A stretch of 64,000 bases of DNA from Squalus acanthias. Its lineage: Eukaryota. The notes beneath the pieces are model-generated. The model worked only from the letters and a program-made list of their open reading frames with translations. It had not been told where the DNA came from and made no database searches. The stretch lies in the NCBI GenBank assembly GCA_030390025.1, contig CM059433.1:13952001-14016000 (forward strand), in the 5' to 3' direction. Position numbers and translations under genes: made by a program. This document shows, piece after piece, positions 12,201-24,008 of the stretch (the stretch's first letter is position 1; each line of letters begins with the position of its first letter).

Positions 12201-13562
12201 GCTGCAATCCATGTCTTTAAAACAACGTTCCCACATCCACCTCCACCTATACTTACATGTGCAGTTCGACAAATACCTTCAATTCCTGTCTTTTGCTTCA
12301 CTTCAAGCAATTACACAAAATACTCTGCACAATGTTCACAACGCAATATTTGAATTAATTGTGTCATATGTGACTCTGGTTATTGTGCTACTGAATTGGG
12401 TGCAACATCTAACACCTAATTTCATGCTTCTTCTAAGTGATTCGTTTGTTGAAGGAATAGGTGTGCTGGCTGGATGTAGGGTTTCTCTGACAGATTGGCT
12501 GGCTGCGGAGTTCCCCTGACAGATTGCTGTAATTCTGCAGACCATAGATCTCATTGTGGTGTGCACTGCAATGTATTGCCATTGTGGCTGTCTGGTCCAA
12601 CCTATTTTCAGGCACCTCTGCTGCCACTTGCGTAGGGATCTGGCATCAGCTTTACTGCCAGCCGACTCGCTCCATGATCACTGCTGCAGGGCACTCCCAA
12701 AACATGTCTCCTAATCTGTCTAGGAGCACTTTAAGCAGCCATGAGGTCTGAGAATCTCTACCTCAAGGCTGTTGCGAGATAATCTCCCAGCGTGTTGAAG
12801 CTAGCCAAGAATGCAGTTTGAAGATTTGAGCCGATGAAGCAATGTGAGCGCTCATGAGAAATGCAGTTACTGTGACTTTGATCTGCGCCACTGAGGTTCC
12901 ACTGCAGATGCCACGGGCGTTGCCTTATGCTCCATGGCAGACTGCACTGCAGATCAACCATTCATCCATGACTGTGCAGATCTGGGTAGTGTGATCCTCC
13001 ATCCTCCTTTGATCAAGCCGTGCATTTTTGCATGGATACAAGTGTCTCAAGTAGACAAGCCTGCTCAGCCATTGATCTCTATTTGCAAGCAGGCCCTATA
13101 GGGTCTGGATCCTTGGGTGTTACAGCAGTGGCAGAAACCATGCTGAAGCTTTAGTTAGCAGATGTCTGACCTTGGGCAACTATCAGCACTTGCTTCTCTT
13201 CACCTATGCTCTGTGACTCATTCTGTACTTCCTTCTCAATCTTGCTGTCTCCTGCTCCAGGGGCTTGTGAAAGTGTGCTGGTGCTTAGCAGAGGTGGCAT
13301 CTCTGATACAAGGTGCTGTGCATTATTGCTCAGGGATACTGTTGTAGCTTGACTCCTCCATTCCTGAGAAAACAGAAGCGAACAAAGTATCAACTTGCTG
13401 GCTGAAATACCCCTTTCAAGCACGGCTATCACTGAGTGATACTCTGCTTGATGTCATATAAGGTGATATTGACAGCCACTCAGAAGGACATTACAGGATG
13501 TGATCATGATACTAGCCATCAGCTCAAGAGAAGCCTCTAAACTTCACTCTTCCTCCAGTAAG

Positions 13563-14016
13563 GAAGAAAAACTTGCATTTCTACAGTGCCTTTCATGACC
13601 TCAGGACGTCCCAAAGCGCTTTACAGCCAATGAAGTACTTTTGAAGTGTAGTCACTGTTGTACTGTAGGAAGCACAGCAGCCAATTTGTGTACATCAAGG
13701 TCCCACAAACAGCAATGTGATAATGACCTGATAATCTGTTTCTAGTAATGTTGATTGAGGGATAAATATTGGCCAGGACACCAGGGATAACTCCCCTGCT
13801 CTTCTTCGAAATAGTGCCATGAGATCTTTTATGTCCACCTGAGAGAGCAGACGGGGCCTTGGTTTAACATCTCATCCAAAAGACGGCACCTCTGACAGTG
13901 CAGCACTCCCTCAGCACTGGTACTGGATTTCTGTGCTCAAGTCTCTGGAGTGGGACTTGAACCCACAACCTTCTGGCTCAGAGGCAAGAGTGCTACCAAC
14001 TGAAGCACGACTGACA
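13563..14016 (-). mobile_element. Full-length tRNA-derived DeuSINE (SacSINE1/AmnSINE-like)
   Basis: Pol III head (cagttggtagc...gggttcaagtccc), Deu core (gatgagatgttaaacc...gaagagcagggg), L2-like tail. Confidence 0.85.
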
Positions 14017-14140
14017 GTAGCTCAATGCTCTCCTGCCCAATGATATCAGGCACAGTCTCCTTAAGGGGTTTGAACTGCTTTGTTCCCCCGGCTGTGTGGA
14101 CTTGCTTCTATAAAACCATGACCTGCAGGCAGCAACATAG

Positions 14141-15110
14141 GGATCAATTTTAAGCTGGAGCAGGTTTCGTGGAGATGGGGGACACTTGCTGACCTAAGTT
14201 TCAGACCTGAGGTTTTATAACTTCTGAGCCTCAGTTAAATGCCGCGAATACACTTCCCACCTGTTCCGGGTGGGAAAAGGAGGCCGAGCAGCTGCCAGCG
14301 GGCAAAGATAGAGCAGACCTTGGCCACCCGCTGGATTCCAAGAATGACAGGGAGGGGTTTTTGGGAGGGTCTCAAATGAGGGAAGAGGGGTATTTCTGGG
14401 GATAGGGGAGGCGGTGACTTTACTTGTGGTTCCCAGAGGAGCACTCCTGTTCCTGTTGCCACTAAAAAGGAAATCCTTTGACTTTCCTGGAGGGCCTATC
14501 TGCTTTAGTCTAGCGGGTAAACCACGGTGGCTCCCCAGCTCAGGCCCCAGTTAAAATGCCATTGGGATCACATTGATGTCATAGGACCTCAATTAGTATT
14601 TTTTAAATTTATTCGTTTATGGGATGTGGGCGTCGCTGGCAAGGCCAGCATTTATTGCCCATCCCTAGTTGCCCTTGAGAAGGTGGTGGTGAGCCGCCTT
14701 CTTGAACTGCTGCAGTCCGCGGTACTCCCACAGTGCTGTTAGGGAGGGAGTTCCAGGATTTTGACCCAGCGACGATGAAGGAACGGCGATATATTTCCAA
14801 GTCAGGATGGTGTGTGACTTGGAGGGGAACTTGGAGGTGCTGGTGTTCCCATGCGCCTGCTGCCCTTGTCCTTCTAGGTGGAAGAGGTTGCGGGTTTGGG
14901 AGGTGCTGCCGAAGAAGCCTTGGCGAGTTGCTGCAGTGCATCTTGTAGATGGTACACACTGCAGCCACGGTTTATGCACAACACCTCCCGCCTGAGCTCG
15001 ATGGGTACCTCATCCGCCGCCAAAACTAGCAATGTTGGAAGTCGGCAGGAAGGGAGCAGAAAATGGAGCTGCTCCATTTTAACTACTCGCCCACTCCATT
15101 CCTGACCACC
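14141..15110. mobile_element. Degenerate Harbinger-type MITE interrupted by a LINE fragment
   Basis: Starts GGGATCAATTTT; GC-rich sequence resumes after 14968. Confidence 0.45.
14600..14968 (-). mobile_element. CR1/L2-superclade LINE 3' fragment (same family as 33305-34070 and 39010-39115)
   Basis: VAAVCTIYKMHCSNSPRLLRQHLPNP...FKKAAHHHLLKGN and shared 3' end. Confidence 0.8.
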
Positions 15111-15885
15111 GTGATGAGATAGCACAAGTAAATGCAGCTGCCTAGCTTCAATAACATACTGCATGCTCTAAGTTAAACCGGTATTATCATTCCACATGTA
15201 CAGCAAAGAACTATTGTAAATGTTTTTGCTCATTATACCTTTCCTATAGAACTATCTTCATTCTTTCTAAAAATGCATTGCCCTGGTTCTCTCATGCACT
15301 GGTTCATCTCTTCTTACTGGTTAACATGGTTCATCAGAGAAGGGTTTGAAAGCATGTCTTCTTCCTGGCAGGTGCTTGTCATGCGTCGCAGTGCAGTTTC
15401 CATATCTTATCAGATTCCGTAGGTCTGACGTATTTTTCAAAATATCTCTTCTGGACTGTCAGATTTGGCGGATGGAAGTGTCTTTGCAATTTTACCCTGT
15501 GCCTGGTGCACCAAATACTTCTGGGGAGGATAGCCACCTGTGCCACAACTGTGTGCCCTCTGTTTCCTCACTCCGTGCTTCCAGGGCTTGTCATCAAACA
15601 TTGTTTCCCTCCATCTGACAAAGCATAGCACAGCAATATTGCATCAACAACAGCCGCCCAATTCTCCTCTGTGCTGTTGCATGGCTGTTTAAAGTTATTA
15701 ATAGTGCCAGCCCTAATTTTTAATTGTCGCACTCCACTGTATGGTAGATAACGTGTATAATTTATCACTGCTCCACACCACAGCAAAATCAGGGGTTAAT
15801 GTGTATACTTTGTTGTGCACAAAAAAATGTACTTAACACTCAGTTAACCCTTGATCTGCACCAACTTGTAATTTCCAGGCTCTCC

Positions 15886-15906
15886 TCTCTCTCTCTCTCT
15901 CTCTCT
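15886..15906. repeat. (CT)n microsatellite
   Basis: About 10 CT units. Confidence 0.8.
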
Positions 15907-16464
15907 AATATAACTATATGGATACAAAGTTTATTAGAGATGAAACTTTAACTGCTTATTGTGGCTTTGAGACTCCAACAGATATTTTGAGACAATTATA
16001 GAAAAGTACCAGATCACCTAGAACAACAACTTCAATTTCTTGTGTCACTTTTCCATGTAGTTAGTGGTTTGGAAGCTCAATAATTCCGTTGATCTTTGCT
16101 AATGCTAGAATCTGACCTACTTCTTTAGCGTTAAACAAGGACCCAAGCTATTCAACAACTTCACAAAGTAAAGTTACCGGCTCCCAAACTTTGAGCCTCT
16201 ACAGATGACTCCGTTTTTAAAAAGATGTAGCCTTATGGTTAGATTGGGAATAAAAACAACACATACTCAAGACAGCCGCAGGCATGACAAGGAAACTTGA
16301 CAGAAGTGAGAAAAATTGCTACAGGCAATTGAACCTTACACAAAAAGAACCTCAACAGATAATAGAAAATGATATTCGCATAATCTAAACACAACCCCTA
16401 AAAAACTCAAATTTTAATGCAACCTGAAAATCATCAGGGACATTCCCTGAAATCAAATGTTGAG

Positions 16465-16597
16465 ATTCACCTGAGGAAGGAGCAATCGATAGCTCCGAAA
16501 GCTTGTGATTTCAAATAAAACTGTTGGACTATAACCTGGTGTTGTGCGACCTCTCAATTTTGTCCACCCCAGTCCAACACCGGCATCTCCGCATCGA
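16465..16597 (+). mobile_element. Penelope-like pLTR fragment
   Basis: Hammerhead core followed by tcaaataaaactgttggactataacctggtgttg...ccagtccaacaccggcatctcc; same family as 23823-23963. Confidence 0.75.
16467..16508 (+). ncRNA. Minimal type-I hammerhead ribozyme motif
   Basis: TCAC-CTGAGGA-aGGAGC(loop)GCTCC-GAAA-GC-TT-GTGA. Confidence 0.75.
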
Positions 16598-17423
16598 GAT
16601 TTGAATAGACATTGCTTTGCTAAGGAGATGATGAGAAAATGTTTGTGTAATGAATCTTGAGATAAATACATAAGAAAATGAAAAAGAAAAAGCCATTAGG
16701 CCCAACAAGCCTATCCCTTTTTGACCCTACCCATTGGATTTATCATCATATCCCTCAATCACTAATGCTACTAACTATTTCTTGAACTCATTTTGATTTT
16801 GAACAGCCAGCATGGAGCCTTCCCTCAATTTCAATAGATACAAAAATTGTGGAATCGTGTGACTGAAGTCCTGATGTGTGCTCCCAAAGGGCAAAGCTCC
16901 GAGCTGGGTGCACTATTTTCCTAAAGTCAGCTCCATACTGTCCAGTCTACTGGACTTTTGCAAGTCAATGTATTGCGCTTTGTGTAAAAAAAAACTGCCT
17001 CACATCCCTTCTTATTCCTAATTTTCCAATTTTTAATTTGATAAGAACAAAAAGCTGTCGATCAACATTTGGTTTGCATCATTGCCAACTCCCACAGTTC
17101 ACAGTTTTTTTTAATGCTTGCAATTCACATAAGAATTTTAAATATAGATTTCTATGTTTTAAATTTTGTACAGTGCAAGTATTCCACAAATTGTGTGCTC
17201 AGCGAGTAACTAATATGAGTGAAAAACTGGATACACAAAAACGGAAGATGATAAAATCAAGAATACGTTTATGTTCATGATTTCAATCAACTAATTATGA
17301 TGCGTTCAATATGTAAAAAGTCATAGGAAAAGATGAGACGCCTAGTGTTATTATTAGCTTGAAGGGAGTTTTTATTCCTGAACCATTTTAAAAGCCTGTG
17401 CAAATGAAAACACTGACTGATGA

Positions 17424-17625
17424 ATCATAGAATAGAATCATAGAATCTCACAGCACAGAAGGAGGCCATTCGGGCCATCATGCCTGTGCCAGGCTCTTTG
17501 AAAAAGCTGTCCAGTTTAGTCCCACACTCCAGCTTTTTCCCCATATCCCTGTAAATTAGTCCTCTTCAAGCACATGTCCAATTGTCTTTTGAAAGTTCCT
17601 ACGGAATCTGCTTCCACCACCCTTG
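17424..17625 (-). mobile_element. CR1 3' fragment
   Basis: (ATAGA)n tail and cagcacagaaggaggccattcgg signature. Confidence 0.8.
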
Positions 17626-18225
17626 TGGAATGCGCCACAATTTCCTTCAGCTAAACATTGTGAGAACTGAAGCCATCATCTTTGGCCCCCTCCACAAACT
17701 CTGTACTGTTGCCACTGATTACATCTCTCTCCCCAGCCACTGTCTCAAGCAGAACCAGACTATTTTCAACCTTGGCATCCTATTTAACCCCATGCTGAAC
17801 TTCCGTCTCCACAAGCCCTCCAACTCAAAGAGCACCATCTTCCACCTCTGTAACATCACCATCTCTGCTGCTACCTTATCCCATCTATTGCTGACACCTT
17901 CATCTACGCCTTTGTCGCCTCCAGACTTAACTATTCTAATACTCTCCTAGCCAGCCTACCATCCTCCAAACTCCATAAAATTCAGCTCACCCAAAAACTC
18001 TGCTGCCTGTACCCAAGTCCCATCATCCTGCCCTTGCTGACCAACATTGGCTTCTGGACCCCTATCGCATCCTCATCTTCCACCTTGGCCTCATCCCCTC
18101 CCTATCTCTGTAACCTCCACCAGCACTACAACCCTCCCTGAACTCTCCATCCCTCCAACTATTGCCTCTTCTGTATCCCCCTCCCTTTGCACTGCCGTTG
18201 TCGACCATGCCTCTAACCATGCGAT
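17626..18225 (+). mobile_element. L2 LINE ORF2 3' remnant
   Basis: MRHNFLQLNIVRTEAIIFGP...NLGILFNP; FVASRLNYSN. Confidence 0.8.
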
Positions 18226-19506
18226 ATCGAATTGTTTCTATGTAAATATAGCAAATTGATAAAATGAATGTGATAAAAACACTTTTTCTCTTTCTCCTCT
18301 TCTCTTGCATTCCAGTCAATGGATTTAAAATCTAGCGCACAAACGTCAAAGGATCTAGAAATATTAAGTCACGATGACATTGTGCTTCATTATTTGAGGG
18401 CCAGACACTGCATTAGGTCATTATAGGTCATCAGTCATCTTAGCAATGGGTTGCCAGCAATTCCGTTGGCAATGGGGCTCATATAAAAGGGATGTAATCT
18501 AACCCCATTTTTTTTTTGGAGTACTGTCTATTGTCCTGGCAGTGCATGAAAATTTTCATATGGGTTTCCCATTTAAACAGGGACCCCCCTGTGCCTCCTG
18601 AGAACCCTAAAATATGTATGGATCAATTTGCTAATTAGCTTGCTGAGTACGATAGCTTAGTAAAAGTGCTGCATTGATAGGGGAAGAACGAGAGGTGAGC
18701 AGGGATGTATTGCCACTGGCCATGTTTTTTGACACGTCACATTTAACTGTGGAGCGTGTGAGCTTCCACACTACATTTGGAAATTTGAAAACTGTTGTAT
18801 TTCATGTATTCGAAATGGATGCGTTTGCAATGTTGCATTTGAGAGCTGAATTCGGCAGATTTTTTTTCAACCACTTAGCTCTCATATATAACTACAAAAC
18901 AAGCAAGACCAAAAGAAAAGATGAAACAAGAAAAGGGAATTCAGCCCATCGAGCTCCCTTCTTCCATAGACGATGAGTAACCTATTCTATCACTGAAAAA
19001 TGAATGAAAATAATGGGCTATGTGCCTGTGATTTTCCAAGATAGGTCCCCTGTGCATACCACCTCCTGGGGTTGATTTTCAGGTGACCAATTCCATTGGG
19101 TGGGCCAGGGGTCATGTGAGTTTGTCACCCACCTAATGGAATTGGTCCATGGCACTTCAGATATTTATGATCGAGCCTCATTTCCATATCGGCAGCGAGC
19201 TGCTCATGCATGTTCAGTGGCCCCACTGATCGGAGGGAGCTGAAAATCCAGAGGCTTCAGCACGGAGATCAGCTGGTGCACGTAGGTTAAAGGGGGGAGG
19301 CAATCCTGGGGGATGGCTGAAGAGGGTTGGACAATTTACCTAGTTACCTAGTTAATTAAAAGCACTCCCGGGGACCCAGGAAATGATGGCTCACCTACAG
19401 GACTGATCAAAGATGCTGAATTCCCAAACAAAATAAAATTGAGTAAAAGAGAGTCAAAAACCCTAAAAGCTTCACAGTCACCTCCTCAAACAGTCTATGG
19501 AGTAAG

Positions 19507-19755
19507 TCATAAGAACATAAGAAATAGGAATAGGAGAAGGCCATTTGGCCCTTCAAGCCTGTTCCGCCATTCAATAAGATCATGGCTGACCTTCTACCTC
19601 AACTCCACCTTCTCACACTATCCCCATATCCCTTGATTTCCTTAATATCCAAAAATCTATTGATCTCTGTCTTGAATATACTCAACAACTGAGCATCCAC
19701 AGCCCTCTGGGGTAGAGAATTCCAAAGATTCACAACGCTTTGAGTGAAGAAATCA
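19507..19755 (-). mobile_element. CR1 3' fragment
   Basis: cataagaacataagaaatagga tail. Confidence 0.85.
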
Positions 19756-20055
19756 TCTCAAAACTATTTTCTTCATGAAGCTTTCTACTCGCTCTCCTCA
19801 TTTCTTTCTTCCTGGTTCAGCGTCCCTTTCCAATGCTCATCTGTGAAGGGCCTTGCGGTGTTTTATCCCATGAAAGGAAATTGAACCTCTTAATATTTTT
19901 TATTTCATCTTCAGTTATTATTCCATGAAAGGTCCTTAGCCGCCTTTGGCCTCCTTCTCAACTCTTATGCAGTGTACTTTAGTCATTCCAACTATTGAAG
20001 GAAGGTTTTGCAAAATAAAACTCCCTGATCCACAAAGGTAATCTCTATTATTGAA

Positions 20056-20153
20056 ATAAAGACAGAAAATGCTGGAAATACTCAGCAGGTCAGGCAGCAT
20101 CTGTGGAGAGAGAAACAGAGTTAACGTTTCAGGTCGATGACCCTTCGTCAGAA
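20056..20153 (-). mobile_element. 98-bp Penelope pLTR insertion carrying a hammerhead
   Basis: 13-bp TSD CTCTATTATTGAA at 20043-20055 and 20154-20166. Confidence 0.85.
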
Positions 20154-20157
20154 CTCT
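20117..20157 (-). ncRNA. Minimal hammerhead ribozyme motif, sense to SNTG2
   Basis: AGAGTT-CTGACGA-AGGGTC atc GACCT-GAAA-CG-TT-AACTCT. Confidence 0.75.
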
Positions 20158-23100
20158 ATTATTGAAGCCTGACTTACTGTTTTCCACAGATGATGATTCT
20201 TTGGTCTTAGCAATAGAGGACTATGAGTTTCCATTGATCATCTCTGTCCATTAACCTTCAAGCTCAATCCTAACCAACTATTTATCCACTTCTTTATTGA
20301 AAGAGTTAATAAATATTGCATTAAGTGTTTCACTACTCAGAAAAGAAACAAAGCTTCTCATCTGCTGTCTTGCTTGAGATTTGATCATTTTAAGCCTGTT
20401 CCCTCTATGTGCTACATTCACAGCTGAAGTAACATGGCGTGTTAGCATCTACATCATCTATGCTTTTCATCATTTTAAAGACTTGAGTTATGTCACTCTT
20501 CAAACTACTTTTCTCCAGTGACCTAGTGCTCCATGGCATATTAGTCTCCATTTAAGCTATTAAACCTTTCTTCATAAAACCCAACTCATCTGACATTCTC
20601 ATTATTGGCAAGTGCTGCTACCAGAGAAGACTTCACCCATTGATCAAATGAGCGCTTTATATCTTAACAGCATAATGATATTGCATGACATAAATTATTA
20701 ATATCGGATCAATTTTATTTTAACACTAGACAATAACTCTGGAATCGGATTGACACATGACCGCAGAACATAAAGCACTCCAACGACTCAGAGTGCCACT
20801 CACGATCATCAGCTGGGTGTCAGACCTCACTGAGGTCTCCATCCATGAAGCCCACGACCTATCAGAGCGTGAGGTCCGCAACACCCATGTCATGTCATGG
20901 GAGTTGGGCTTGTGACCTTCCTGTGTTACATTTATGCCAGAAGAACCCAGATCCCATTTCAGCAGCAAGTCCTGCTTTCCAAAGGATGATCCTCTGTTGC
21001 TTGCCCATGAGACGAGTGTGCTTAAGGAAGAGCGTGAGCGAAGCAGCCAGTATTCCAGCTTGGAGCCCACCTGCTTATAATAGCCCCAAACTTTCATTTA
21101 ACCTTTAGACCTGTATACTTCCTAGCAGCCCTTATGTGCACAGCTTCCAGCCATCCTCCCATGGGGTGAGCAGTTGTCTAACAAGCATTCTTTTCTCGGT
21201 TGCAATCCACACTTCAGGGTACAGGTGAAGATTCGTCTAAAATATTTAGCTGAAGATAGTTCACAGATGTGCTGTGACATCTAGAGCCAGGATTACCTCA
21301 TGATTTCTGAACATATTAGAATTGCAACATTTCAACAGTGGCAATTGGTCAATGGTGAAATTTTCAAGCTTCCTTCACATATTGTCTGCTGTCAAACTTG
21401 CCAAAATATGTTACTTAAATACAGGTCGGTGAGTCGCGACCAGGAGAACATACATTTAAGCTACCAAGGGAATGGTTAAGATTTTGTTTTATAAGCAGAG
21501 GGTTGTTAGGATACAGAGGGGCAGAAATTGGCCAACCCCTGAAAATGGGTGTGGGTATCCGTGATTCATCCGCGCCCTTTCATTGCGTTGCAGGCAGCAC
21601 AGTAAATTGGTGCTGCCTGGTGCTTTACATGATCACTGCGTGCAGCCAGCACTACCCGCGCTGTTCATTGGCTGCACACATCAGCAAGGAGTCAAATATC
21701 ATAAGTGGCTAGTACTACTTAAAGGCAGCCTGCACCTCTTAAAGGGGGGCATTTTTCCCTTTTTTTTATTCATCATAGAGGAGACAGTGCTGGCCATTAC
21801 AGGAAGGGGCATTACTGAGGCCAGGGCCACCGGTGGCACTGGAGGAACTGATGATGAGGGTATCCACATAGCTAATACTCCTTCGCTCATCCCACCTCTC
21901 CCTCATCCCTCAATCTCTTCTGACTGAAAAAGCTGCAGATGGTGTAAGCACGCACTTCTGACTTTCTCCTCTCCCCTCACTGCAACCCAACCCTTGTCCC
22001 TTTTTCATTTCAGATACTCAAGAACTGGAAACTTCCCAGTCAGAGGAGGAAGACAGTGAAGATGAACAGAAACCGTCAGTCGATCTCACAGTCGCAGCTA
22101 CCAGCTCAGATATTGACACTGCGTGTATTTTAGAGGCTAGGATAGAGGAGGGATTTGCATGTGGTGAGACACCGAGCACAAGTGCACAGGAGCCAGGGCG
22201 GGGGTAAAGGATAGCGCAAGTGCCAGCTCACCGGAGGGCAAGGTCGCACACTAGTTCTGCTGCAGAGGACTCAGATAAGTACTTCAATGGGCCAGGCTAT
22301 AGAAGGCGGCTGATGGGTGTACACATCCAAATGCTTGGTGCACTAGAAAGCCTGCCAGAAAGCCTCTGCTCAATGTTAAGGAGCATGGAGGAGTCCAGCA
22401 CTAACTTGGCACAGGGCTTTGCGCAGAGCTTGGAGCCCATCCTTTCCAACATGGAACTTGTGGCCACCTCCAGCAGCACACCTGTGGAACCCACCATGAT
22501 GTAGCGTCTGATGGCTGATCTCACAGCATCCACTGCAGCAAAAGCAACTTCCATCAAAGGTTTAAGTGCTGCAGTGGAAGCTCAGAGTGCTGTCCTCATG
22601 GGTCTGGATACCACTGTTCAAAGGGGCTTCCAGGGTCTCACAGCAGCCCATCAATCTGTTCTCCAACAGATCAGCAGGATTGCTGAGGCGCCGCCCCAGG
22701 ACAGTGGCAGTAGTTCCTTGGAGCACAAACCTTCTGTCCTCTCTCAGGATGACTGCATTCCTGCTCCCACCCCTGTCACTCTGCCAGTGCCCTTGCTGTT
22801 GCCTGTCAGCCAGAAAGCATAGACCGCTGCAGCCCAGGTTGCAATGATGCAGTTTGAAGCCTTCTAGGCCCAGAGCTACGTGAGGTCACCCTCCAAGGCC
22901 ATCTGCAGACTCCTAAATTGGAGGTCAGCAGCCTTCCTCCACCCATGCTTCAGACACTGGGGAAGCACCTCGTAGGAGCACTAGGAGAGGCAAATGCACA
23001 TGTAAGACAGGCACTAAGGGGATGCACAAGGGTGGTTAGTTCATTTCTGTGTGCATTATTTCATGATTGAATTTATAAATTTGATTTCGAATGTGCATTT

Positions 23101-23254
23101 CCTGGTGGTTTTTATTTTTGTGTTGTCGGAAAGAGGACGATGTGATGGTCAGTGATAGAGGAAAGGTAAGGAGTGTGAGACTGTTGCTGAATGGGAGGTG
23201 TGATTGAGGTTACTGGTATCACTCGTTAATTATTTCATCACGTAGCGCCAATGA

Positions 23255-23600
23255 GTGAGCCTTTGACACAATGGTTGCATTCCCGCCTCTGGGCCAGAAG
23301 GTGCAGGGTTCGATCCCCACTCCAGACAGTCCCGGCGAGTGGAGTCGGAGCTCCGGCTTCGAATTCTGGGTTGACATCCAGCAGGATACTCGTGGCTGGT
23401 GGGTGTGGGTGTCCCCTGCTCATCGTATGGGCTGTGGGAGCCCACAAAACTCTCCCGCCTTATAAGACTACTATAAAGATGGTTACGGCCATGGAAGGAG
23501 CATTAACGCGGCCAGTCAGACTGTTACTCAGTCTGCGAATCCTTCCACTACTTCACACTGTTCCCCAAAGGGAACAGCAAGAAGACACAGAAAGAAGAAG
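23255..23600 (+). mobile_element. tRNA-derived SINE with non-Deu body and (GAA)-type tail, inside the Harbinger
   Basis: A box TGACACAATGG, B box GGTTCGATCCC, 3' gaaagaagaag. Confidence 0.7.
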
Positions 23601-23628
23601 CTCACATAGAGCCCAAGCAGAAAGGGGC

Positions 23629-24008
23629 TGACGTAAGAAAACTACTAGGCACTTGGTCTAAGTGTTAAACAAGGCTTTAATCAACTGTTTTACAACATGG
23701 AGGTCTAGTTGTGTCCTTCACTAGTTCCGGTTAAGAATGTCCTGCGCAAGCTGGGCCCGTGCCCGAGTATTTATACTCTCCCTGGACAGCGCCACCCGCA
23801 GGCCACTCAGTATTATTTCATATGTGAGAAATCGCACAACACCAGGTTGTAGTCCGACAGCTTTATTTGAATTTCAAATAAAGCTGTTGGACTATAACCT
23901 GGTGTTGTGCGATTTCTCACATTTGTCCACCCCAGTCCAACACCGGCATCTCCACATCATGGCTATTATTTCATAAGTCTTTCTTTCATGAATGACAGAT
24001 TCATGTCA
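23629..24008 (-). mobile_element. Short solo LTR (~230 bp without the nested Penelope)
   Basis: TGAC...GTCA termini, 5-bp TSD GGGGC (23624-23628, 24009-24013), TATAAA and ATTAAA on the minus strand. Confidence 0.85.
23823..23963 (+). mobile_element. Penelope pLTR fragment with inverted 5' duplication
   Basis: 12-bp TSD TATTATTTCATA (23811-23822, 23964-23975); 50-bp inverted arms. Confidence 0.85.

Noticed and set aside
23255..23326. Genuine tRNA gene
   Set aside because: No clean acceptor stem; continues into a SINE body and tail
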